Positions 1 to 10,129 of a DNA stretch of 64,000 nt are shown here, piece after piece. The stretch comes from Podarcis cretensis (Eukaryota): assembly GCA_951804945.1 (NCBI GenBank), contig OX638166.1:39866001-39930000 (forward strand), read 5' to 3'. Every line of letters starts with the position of its first letter. Position 1 is the first letter of the stretch. The position numbers and the translations under genes were made by a program. Under the pieces are notes generated by a model. It saw nothing but the letters and a program-made list of their open reading frames with translations, ran no database searches and was not told the DNA's origin.

Positions 1-189
1 TTCCAAAAGTATATTGCATCAGAAAGAAGGGTGAGGTTCGTCAGGTGGAATAATATAGGCAGGGTGGGTGGTGGGTATGGGCACAAGGGATGAGAATGTA
101 AAAACCTAGGACTCTGTTCTAGACCAAGTGGCCCATCCTTCCTATGCCAATCCCAAATGCTATAAGGATGTCCCTAAAATCCCTTTTAG

Positions 190-506
190 GGATGCAGGTG
201 ATGCTGTGGGTTAAACCACAGAGCCTAGGGCTTGCCGATCATAAGGTCGGCGGTTCGAATCCCCGCAACAGGGTGAGCTCCCGTTGCCCAGTCCCTGCTC
301 CTGCTAACCTAGCAGTTCGAAAGCACGTCAAAGTACAAGTAGATAAATAGGTACCACTCCAGCGGGAAGGTAAACGGCGTTTCTGTGCGCTGCTCTGATT
401 TGCCAGAAGCTTAGTCATGCTGGCCACATGACCAGGAAGCGAGATGAGCGCGCAACCCCCGAGTCGTCTGTGACTGGACCTAACGGTCAGGGGTCCCTTT
501 ACCTTT
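190..506 (+). mobile_element. Sauria SINE (lacertid type) with internal deletion
   Basis: tRNA-like head (GGTTCGAATCCCC), Sauria core, ACCTTT tail; degenerate 14-bp TSD aaaatcccttttag/aagatcccttctag. Confidence 0.92.
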
Positions 507-1820
507 AAGATCCCTTCTAGGAAGTGTAATGTGTTCTGAATTATGCTGCCCTAGGAATGTCCTGGGAATGAGGAAGGATGAAAAGATATGTCCTCAATGC
601 CGGTTTGCTTTGTGACATGTTAAAGCATCGCTGAATACATTAAAAAAAATAAGAAAAAGGAAGGCCCTGCTTGTCTTTTGGCAACTACAGTCCCACTTGC
701 ACAGAATCCCTGGTGATGTCCTCAAGGTGCGTTGCCACAGCTTAGAAGGCTTCCTGTCCCATAGCTCTGTCTGTGTGCATGGAGAAGAGAGAGGGGCAGA
801 GAGGAAGAGCCACTGTGTCTTGGTTAGTATGTCAAGCGAGGGCCAAGGAGCTCCAGGTTCAATGCCTCACTCAGCTCACTAGATGATCCACTGCCTCTCA
901 TCTTATCCTACCACACAGGGTAAAAAGAAAGGGGAAGCCGTGTAGGCCACCCTAAGGAAAGTGCAAACAAAAAGGTACTAATATGGAAGTTGGGGACTGC
1001 CAAAATCTCTTGGGGAAGTACTGGAACATGGAGGGCCACCCCTTTTATGCCTGAGGGAGTAAGTCCCACACACCCTACCGTGACTCCCACTATTAGCACA
1101 GGGTACAATGCATAAGAGCCTAAGAAGACCCTGGCTGCTGGATCAAGCCAAAGGCCCTTCTAGGACCAAATCCTGTTTCTGAAGTGGCCAGCCAGATGCT
1201 TCTGGAACGGCCACAAACATCCTCCCAGAGGTTATATTGCATGAGCCTCACCAAAATGAACAGGAGCAGACCAGGAGTGTGGTTTGCTTTGCTGTCCTTC
1301 ATGGCATCCCAAACCTACTGCCTCACTTGGCCTCACTCTGGGGGCTGCCGCTCTGGCAGAGATAGCCGGAGGCATTTTGGTGCCTGAGGGCAGGAAAGCC
1401 AAACAGAACTCACCAGGAAAATGCAAGCATAAGAACAACCATTGACATGCTGCTGCTGTTTAATGGACTGTCCCCCTCACAAGCCAGCTGAGGCAGCTGC
1501 CTCAGATTACCTCATGACAGGCCCACTTTTCCTGCCACGCTGCCCTAGGCTCTTGCTGTGTGCTAAGCTGAGCCTGCGCCCGCTTTTGGCATGCCATCGC
1601 AACTGCTCAGAAAGCTGGCCAAGCCCCTGGTGGCTGGGTGACAGGTGGGAAATGGCCAGCTTTTACACAGGCAGCCCAGAGCTTGCAGCCGTGTGGGAGA
1701 AAGTCTGTGCTGGAGGCACTAAAAGAACCATGGCTGTCATGGCCTTCAGCGGTTGTGTGAATGGTCTCACCGGTGTCAGGAAAAATGAGCAAACAGGTGG
1801 GACACCCTCAACCTTTTATT

Positions 1821-2039
1821 GCCATGCAGTGTAGTGGTTAGAGTGTCAGACTAGAACCTAGAAGATCAGGACTCAAAACATGCACACTCCCAGTCAGCCC
1901 TGAAGCTCATCGGGTGACTTTGAGCCAGTCCCTGCCTCTCAGCCTTGTAGGGTTGTGGTGGTGATAAAATGGGAGGGGAAGAGCCAGGTACACCACCTTA
2001 AGCTTATTGGAGAAAGATGGGATAGGAAGGCAATAAATA
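1821..2039 (+). mobile_element. Old tRNA-derived SINE (related copies ~6303-6527 minus, ~20460-20641 plus)
   Basis: A-box-like GTGTAGTGGTTAGAGTG, core TGACTTTGAGCCAGTC, A-rich tail. Confidence 0.65.
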
Positions 2040-2760
2040 TTCCCAGTGCTGCATCCTTCATTTAGCCCAGAGCTCCCCTCAACTACGCTGCTTCACACAC
2101 AATTGGGGTTGTTAAATATTTGGGGTAGAGGGGATGACAGGGACAGACCGTCGCTTTCTCACCCTTTCAAAGCATGTTCATGAGGAAAGTGGGGATTCCT
2201 AAGCCTGGTGAGGAGAGCAGAATAGGGGTGGGGTGGGGGTGGGATGACTCTTATTCCAGATTAGGTCATGCAGAGTAAAAGGAGTTGTTGTTTTTTCGAA
2301 CACCAGCTCCAAGAACTCGGCCCACCACCCTTGCTTCAGCCTTAATTTCTTACAGCTGGGCCCCCCCCTTGCTCTGCCACACACCCGCACTGCCCCCACC
2401 CCAACCAAGCCATAGCCTTCTTGCACCCCCCACCCCCACCCCCAGTGCTTCCTTCCTCAGCTGACTGACACCCACTGCAATATCCCTTTCCCCCAGGGCC
2501 CTGGGGAGGGTCTGGCTGGTTATTTTAAAAACCCAAAGAAATGAAACTCTCCAAATAAGGGGAAAATATGAAGCCAGGTCCCTAGGCTGGGAGTTCTTCT
2601 GTGTTGCTTGAAGGAGGAGCAGCAGTGGGGGGAAGAGGGGGGAGGGGAGGGGGAGCTGGGAAGGGAGTCAAGAGGGCCACCTATCGATAGAACCTCGGAA
2701 CTGCATGCATCTCTTTGACTAGGCACCCCCACCCCACCCTGCCAAGCCTTTTCCGTAGAG

Positions 2761-3014
2761 CAGGGGTCAGCAAACTTTTTCAGCAGGGGCCAGTCCACTG
2801 TCCCTCAGACCTTGTGGGGGGTCAGACTATATTTTGAAGGGGGGGGGAATATGAACAAATTCCTATGCCCCACAAATAACCCAGAGATGCATTTTAAATA
2901 AAAGCACACATTCTACTCATGTAAAAATATGCTGATTCCTGGACTGTCCGCGGGCCGGATTGAGAAGGCGATTGGGCCGGATATGGCCCCCGGGCCTTAG
3001 TTTGCCTACCCATG
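2761..3014. mobile_element. Non-autonomous hAT (Charlie-like) DNA transposon
   Basis: TIRs CAGGGGTCAGCAAACT / AGTTTGCCTACCCATG; 8-bp TSD ccgtagag/ccatagag. Confidence 0.85.
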
Positions 3015-3231
3015 CCATAGAGGGACTTACCTGCTCCTTGGGTTGCCATAAGGTGGAAGGGAGATGAAAGGCATTCTTTAAAGTTTATTTTCTGCACTAC
3101 AAGGAAAATGATTTCTCAGTATGAGTGCTCACCAAAGAAGCTCTATAAATCAGGACTGATGAGTAGTGGCTGCTTGGGTGGGGTAGGATCCATAATATAC
3201 TTTACAGAAGTGTCTTTGGTTCCTCTTGCTG

Positions 3232-3232
<1 letters not shown>

Positions 3233-3264
<32 letters not shown>
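3233..3264. repeat. (TG)16 microsatellite
   Basis: Direct reading. Confidence 0.95.
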
Positions 3265-3266
<2 letters not shown>

Positions 3267-3552
3267 TGCCCAGCTTGTATTTGCATGAGTGCCTTGGTAG
3301 CCAAGTCTCTTCCATGATCGGCCAAGAGCAATGCATTAAAAATTAGCATTCTGTACCAAATCTGGGTGTCCTATGGTCATCTCAGCTCCACAAGCAACCC
3401 AATCTCTTGCACTACTTTTAAGGGTTCCAAAGAGGCGGTGTGTGTGATCCAAGAGGGCACAAAGACACACACACACACACCCCTTGCAATGTTGTGGCGG
3501 GTGCTAGAGCTCAACCCATGAAACCTGTGCAGATACCTTCAGGGGCTGAGCC

Positions 3553-3821
3553 CATTGGCATAGCAAAGGGGGGACAAGGGGCAGCCCCCCCCCCCGATCC
3601 ACAAAATTATTGAGAAGCATTGAAAGTACTGTGTTAACTGAGTTTCTGCCCCCCCCCCCAGCAGAAGCCTGCCCCCTGTAATGCTTTCTCTTTGGGGGTA
3701 TATCTACCCATGATTTTCCAAAGAAAGCTCAACAACTGGGGGGGGGGGCGCAATCTCCTAAAAAATGTTCAACAACTTTGGCTCCCTCCCCCCCCCCCAA
3801 AAAATCCTGGCTACGCCCATG
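3553..3821. mobile_element. Non-autonomous hAT-type element
   Basis: TIRs CATTGGCATAGC / GCTACGCCCATG; perfect 8-bp TSD GCTGAGCC. Confidence 0.8.
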
Positions 3822-6552
3822 GCTGAGCCTGAGCGTTATCTCTGTGGCTTGAGTGCATCTCTCAGATTGTGCAGCGGGGGGGGGGGGGCACAGCTGCTTA
3901 GGGCAGCAAGATGCCCCCTGGCTGGCCAAAGGTGGCTGCTGAACCACAGTCTGGAGCTGCCTTTCCTTGGCGGTATGCCAGAGCCCCAGCATGAGCATAT
4001 TTCAGAGTCCAGTTACGTGAACCCTTTGGCACCAGTTGCCAGTGGGAAAAGCCTCGCTTGTATTGATTCCTAAATACATCACTCAGCAAACACACTGCCG
4101 GTCATCATCTATAAGCATGTTAAAGAATCAACTTTCCCTTTCTGAACGTCTGTGATGGCACACCGGGTGTTGAGTGTGCTCACGGTGACTGCAGAAGCCT
4201 GAGCTTAGGTGGGTGGGACTGCAGACTTAATGGTGAATTTGGGGCGCTTTTATGGGGCTGGGGAGCGGTGTGGAAGACAGGCCGCAAACTGCACAAAAGT
4301 ACCCCGTTCACTTCAGTGGGGGCTGATGTAGGGAAGCTTTCTGGAGGACTGTGCCTCATGTTGATTGGTAGGATGGGGAGCTAGAAGCATTGCCATGTCA
4401 AGAACCAAAATCCTTGGGGTGGCCCACTGACTGGCCTGGAAGAAGCCAATGGTGACCAAAAGCTAACTTGGACAAAATGTTTCCTGTCACTACCAAGTTC
4501 TGAAAGTGTTTGGTGAATGGATGTTTCTGCTCATATCTACTTGTTCTTCTCTAACATATTCTTACTTGCTCTGGGACTCCAGGATAGAACAGGATTTCAG
4601 GAATTTAAGATTTTATTTCCTTATGAAAGCCAGGTCCCAAGACACGAAAAAATGAACTGTAGATTTGGAGGAGGGGCTGTTCTGGAGAAGGAGCTGGGCT
4701 ATGTAGATAAGCACAGTCTTGATTCTCAAAGGCTTCTATGGGACCTCTATGGGAGAAAGTAAATAGGTGGCAATATGGGACATAGATGAGAAGGGAACTC
4801 ACCTGCTTCCGGTGACTTATTCAGGGTGTGGGTAAGAGGGAGCAGGTTTAGCCTCTATCGCAGTGGCATCCCTGAGTGTACCCTGTTACTTTCTCCCCAG
4901 ATGCTAATAAGAGCAAGTAAAACACTGCATTTTGGCATTAAGGGGGGCAAAGAAAGAGATCCTTCAGGGTGCAATGACCAGAGATGTGCACCAGCACTTG
5001 CCCCATCCCTCCATTTGCCACAACAACAGACACTTTGCTGGTACTGTAAATGAAACTGCTTTGCAAGCCTCTAAGTGGCTCTGATGCAAAAATGCCCTGA
5101 TAGAACTGTCTCTCCCAGCCACCCAACACCAACAGAAAAGGCACTGACCTGCCCACCATGACTGGGGTGTATTACTGAGAATCATTCTGAGAACTTTAGC
5201 ATATGTATTTGCACATGTATACACAGCAAACAGACAACCACCCGCTATAGCAACTTACAGATAAAATTCACACACACAGTCCCATATACAGTATGCATAC
5301 CCAGAATATGGATATAAATGATTGTGTGCATGAAAAGAATTAATTTCCTCCAATACCAACACATGGCAGTTTCCATTGTGAGTGGTGCACATTTGTTTAA
5401 ATGGTGAGGCTTTCCAACCATGAACACACAGTATGGGATCCCAATCTTTTTCTGATCACTGTTTTCATGTTGCAAGGACAACATTTGTTTAAATAATTGC
5501 ATACTGCTCATAGCTAAAAGTGCTGCATGTGCATTTGCTCATTTAAACTCTTGTGGTTTTTCTCCACTTCAATCCGCATGCAAAATGTACATTGGGGAAA
5601 AATCTGTTCCCATGATATGTGTGCATGAACAGCAGCCATACATTTCAGACGCATGGAAGCCACTTTAACCTTACTGACTGTTCCTGATACACATTTATTT
5701 CCTCTTCCTCCACTCCTGCCCTAGCTGACAAATTAGATTTCCAGAGGGGTTACAGTGCTTTAAGAAGTGCCTACTAAAACCTGAAAACTACTCTTCACCA
5801 GGAGTGCAACATTCTTAGAAGAGTGGATACACTTTTATTTTGTATCACTATCAGAGGGTGCTATTGAATGGTTCCTAGTGACATCAATAATTGCAAAATA
5901 TGGTTCTCCACACATCTGCCCCCAGGACTGCAAATCTGGAAATGTGTGTGCGTGCGCAAATACTTAGCTGAAAAAGAAGAAGGAAGCATAACATGAATTA
6001 GTTGTATGCTGTGGTATGTGCCACCAGTGATTTGACTAAGGCTGCAATCCTAATCCCACTTACCTGGGACAGTAAGCCCCATTGAATCAGTAGGGGTTAC
6101 TTTTGAGTAAGCATGGCTAGCCTTTTAACTGTAAGCAACTAACCGCATGTTGATGTCTGTTTTAAACACAAAGTGTATAATTTGCTTATAAATCCCCGCA
6201 GCTGACTTCATAGCCTAGGCAAGCTAATAAACTCTTAGTGTTGCATATGCACAACTTGGAATATAGGGGAGGTGATACTGGCTTTCCTTGTAGAGATATT
6301 GTTTATTATTACTTTATCCATTTATACATTACATTGATATCCCACCTTTCCTCCAGGGGCTCAAGGTGGCGGACATAGGTTCCCCTTGCCATTTTATTCT
6401 CGCAATAACCCTGTGAGGGAGAAAATGCTAAGAATGAGTGAGAGGCCCTAGGTCACCCTGTGAGCTTCATAGCTGAGTGGTGATTTGAACTCTTGTCTTC
6501 CACACTCTAACCACACCACCACACTGGTTGCAAGACTCACTTAATGAAAATG

Positions 6553-6787
6553 TTACAGATAGGTAGCCGTGTTGGTCTGCCATAGTCAAAACAAAATAAA
6601 AAAATTCCTTCCAGTAGCACCTTAAAGACCAACTAAGTTAGTTCTTGGTATGAGCTTTCGTGTGCATGCACACTTCTTCAGATCTGTATCTGTATCTGAA
6701 GAAGTGTGCATGCACACGAAAGCTCATACCAAGAACTAACTTAGTTGGTCTTTAAGGTGCTACTGGAAGGAATTTTTTTATTTTGTT
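6553..6787. mobile_element. Penelope-like (Neptune-type) retroelement remnant arranged as an inverted terminal-repeat pair
   Basis: Perfect 96-bp inverted arms 6588-6683/6694-6789; 12-bp direct repeat TTAATGAAAATG at 6541-6552 and 6788-6799; sequence resembles reptile Penelope termini. Confidence 0.8.
6692..6729 (+). ncRNA. Minimal type I hammerhead ribozyme motif
   Basis: Stem I GTAT/ATAC; core CTGAAGA; stem II GTGTG-CATG-CACAC; GAAA; palindromic AGCT in place of stem III; predicted cleavage after C6725. Confidence 0.72.
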
Positions 6788-7496
6788 TTAATGAAAATGC
6801 ATTATGTAATATGCTCTGAGCACTTGAAATGTGCTATATAGATGCTGCTATGTAGATGGATAATGCCTTCCAGACAGGCGCGAGGCCTGTCAAATTTAAT
6901 GTTAAATGCTGACTTCTAGGCATATTTGTCTGCAAAGAGGCTGTGTGTGAGGAATTTAACCCCCAGTCCTGATTCTTAGAAGGGACCAAGCTCTCAGAGA
7001 GAGACACAAAAGTGCAGCATGGCAATTCCTAGCTAGACCAGCAGGGGGCACCCACGTATCCTTTTCCTTCCCTAGCTAGCCCCACCCCCACCCGTGTTTC
7101 AGCTGGGGAGAAAAATGGAGGGGACAGGAACACTTAGACGTGCTCCAGTCATTCAGAGCATCCCACACTTTGTCTTCATACGCTTTCAGAACAACCCTGC
7201 ATGGTAGGCCAATAGTATTACTCCCCATATTGCAGGAGTAGGGAGAGCAAGCTGAGGCTGAGAAAGATAGGCTTGTCCAAGGCCACTGCAGTGGGAGTGC
7301 AGATGATTTGAAGCAGGCCGCCTGCCCTGGTGAAGAAACAGATCAGTCTGCGCGACTCCAAGTGCAGGAAATGGGCTGAAAGGCAATGGACATAGGCAGC
7401 ACCTCCTGCCCTCATGCTCAACCAAGTGGCCCCTCCCCTCCCTGTCAGAGCCTGTTGATGTTCCAATGCCAGGACTGGCCCTGCAACCAGCGTCTG

Positions 7497-7677
7497 AACC
7501 TGCTTGGTACCAAGTCAGGCCGTGGGTCCGTCTAACACAGGACTGCCTACACTGGCTGGCAGTGGCTCTCTTGGGTTGCAGGCAAGACACTTCTGCCAGC
7601 CTTTTCTGAAGGTCGGGGATTGAACCCAGGGCCTTGGGTGTGCAGAGCATGTGCTGCACCACTGAGCTATGGGACCC
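7497..7677 (-). mobile_element. tRNA-derived SINE
   Basis: Reverse strand reads CCATAGCTCAGTGG...GGGTTCAATCCCC followed by a non-tRNA body. Confidence 0.7.
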
Positions 7678-9589
7678 ATGTTCCTGTGGGATGGAAATGA
7701 TACTGAGTGCCATGCGGTGCTGGTGCTGGCCCAAGGGGACGGGTAGGGAGGAAGGCAAGGAGCCAGAGTCCATGACAGGCAGAGCCAACACCTGATGTGC
7801 AAGGGAGACTGTGCCCCATTTGCCCTAACTGACCAGCCTCCCCTGGTGGCACCAAACATGTGCTGTGTTCCTTTGCCACTACCACCCCGTCACTGAGTCA
7901 CTCCAGTAAGCCTCCAAGGCAACTGGAATTAGAAGAGGAATCTCTTCACAGTTAACAGGGCCAGATGTTTTCATGTCTCCCCCATCCAGACAGAGTTTAA
8001 GCACTTCTTCTAATCTTCTCTAGCAATGGGGTCCCCTTACTGCACACAGTGCTTTGTCTGATCTGCCCACGACCTTCCCCCAGCTCTGCAAGATGGGGAA
8101 GTCCCAGGGTGGGGTGCACAGGAGCTGGTACAAAATGAGAAATTTCAAAACCCGTCTCAGGAAGTCTGGGTGGGGCTGGGGCTGCTTTGACAAAGCCGTT
8201 AGGCCACTGCAGCTTGCTGAATCACAGCAATGTGGGAGAATGAGTAGGGCAGAGATGGGAGCTGGGGCAGAACCACAAACACTTCCCACTTGTAGGTGTT
8301 GCACTGCTCCTCCAGCACGAGGGACTCTTATGAAGACAGTCCTCCAACTGTCCATCCCAAAGACTGCTGTTAATACACAAACAAGACCCTGCCTGGTTCC
8401 CTCCATGCACAGAAATGCTCTGCTCTGCAATGTTTAACTCAAACTCCCATCATCCTCTGGCTGTCCTACTGGCAGGGGATGATAGGAATTTGAGTCCAAC
8501 AGCATTGAGAGGGCCGCAGGTTACTCAGCCCTCTGTTAAGGCACCCCTCCACCTTGGACCTGAGCAGGGCTTTTTTCAGCTGGAACTCAGTTCCGGCACC
8601 TCTCATGTGGGTGCCATTGCCATTATCAGAGAACAAGGTGACCTCCGACACCTCTTTTTATAGCAAAAGAGCACGGGACCTGAGGAAGTCTTATTAAGCA
8701 GAGAAGTGCTGTTCTGCAGCTGCAGACGCCCAGGCATTACCCTCTTGTAAAAACAAAAACACTGTAGTGTGCACAAAGATACATGCATGTGACTTTATTC
8801 CAGGAACTGTAGCTTGTTAAGGGTGATGGGAAGTGTAGTTCCCGGGACTCCTCTTTTGGGAAGCCATGTGCTCACCTATGTGGCTGGGCTGGGCTGCCAC
8901 TCTCCGACCTCATGGGAATTCTGGGTGGCCATCTTCACAGTGGGTGGGTGGGTGGAGGTGCTGCTTCTGAGAGTCAACATTGTCTCCCTTCCACAGTGGT
9001 TGCTCACAATCGGAATTTACCCAAAAATGCACAGGCTGCAGAACTGCTGTCACTGCAGTAGGTGGTTTGTTTTTGTTTTTTGAACCTGCTGTGTGTTTGT
9101 TAGGAAGCGTCATCCATGGCACTGTGCCAAGGGCCTCCCGGAAGTCCGGCACTGGCCTTGCCGTCTCCCAGCATCAGCTGCCTCGCTCTGCCTAATAGTA
9201 GGGCTGGCCCTGGTTGTAGCTGCACATCTCCTCCCTCAGGTCTCTCCCCGTCTCTTTAGCTTTGTGACATGGGAGTGACATAGCAAGTTGGAACAGACTG
9301 ATAAGGCCATGGCAAAACACACACACACACCTGGCCCAGTGTCAACGAGTAAGGCGGCTGAGAATGGACCACCTTGGCTCTTCTTAGCATTGTTGGTGGA
9401 GCGGGAAGAGTGAAGCAGTGATGTGGCGACACCAAGAGGCATGACTTCAGGTGGTGATGGCAGCTCAGCAGGACATGCCTTGCCCAGGTGCAGTCCCTGG
9501 CAGCTCTAGCCAAAGGGACCTTAGCTAGCCAGAGTAGACAATACCTAAGCCAAGTCACACAATAGTCCAACTGGTGGCTTCATGTGAGA

Positions 9590-9599
9590 CCATTTTTGG
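9590..9599. promoter_or_regulatory. CArG box CCATTTTTGG upstream of the CpG island
   Basis: Exact CC(A/T)6GG match ~0.5 kb 5' of the island; function not shown. Confidence 0.35.
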
Positions 9600-10129
9600 T
9601 TGGGTCTAGTTAATTTTCTACAAATCAATGCTGCCAGGGTTTCTCTTTTGTCTTAAAAATTACAGGGCCCTTAACCCTAGAACGCACATGATGTGCAAAT
9701 GTGTGTGTCTATGTCAGTCTGAGAGTGGACTTTGCACATGTTCAGAGGTACTCTAGCCTCTACCACAGATGACCCAACACAAACCATTTAGCAGAGAAGT
9801 GGAATCTTTGGCTATGAATAAAACCTGCTCCAGAACGCCTCTCCCCAAGCCACTTCCCTCTGTATGGTGGGCCCAAGGAGGCTTGTATAGTTGTAAAATA
9901 GGAAGGGAGCACGAAGGTCAACTAGTCTGACCCCAACCATGCAGGAATCTTTTGTGCTGCATGGGGGGAGGGGCTGGCACCCCCCCCCATGCAGCACAAA
10001 AGTTTGTGCAGTCATTTCTGCACAAATATCCACGTATTTTAATTATTTATACGGTAAGGATCTTTGATTATTTTTTTTTAAAATGAAGGTTGCTTCTTGT
10101 GGAAGCCCTGAGATTAAGAATCCCTCGCT

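Noticed and set aside
239-427. Recurrent 'MASMTKLL...' peptides (also 22921, 35550, 63507) suggesting a small gene family
   Set aside because: They are antisense translations of the four Sauria SINE copies.
7610-7677. Possible tRNA genes (also 32664-32710 and the SINE heads)
   Set aside because: A and B boxes are present but the cloverleaf is incomplete and runs into SINE bodies.
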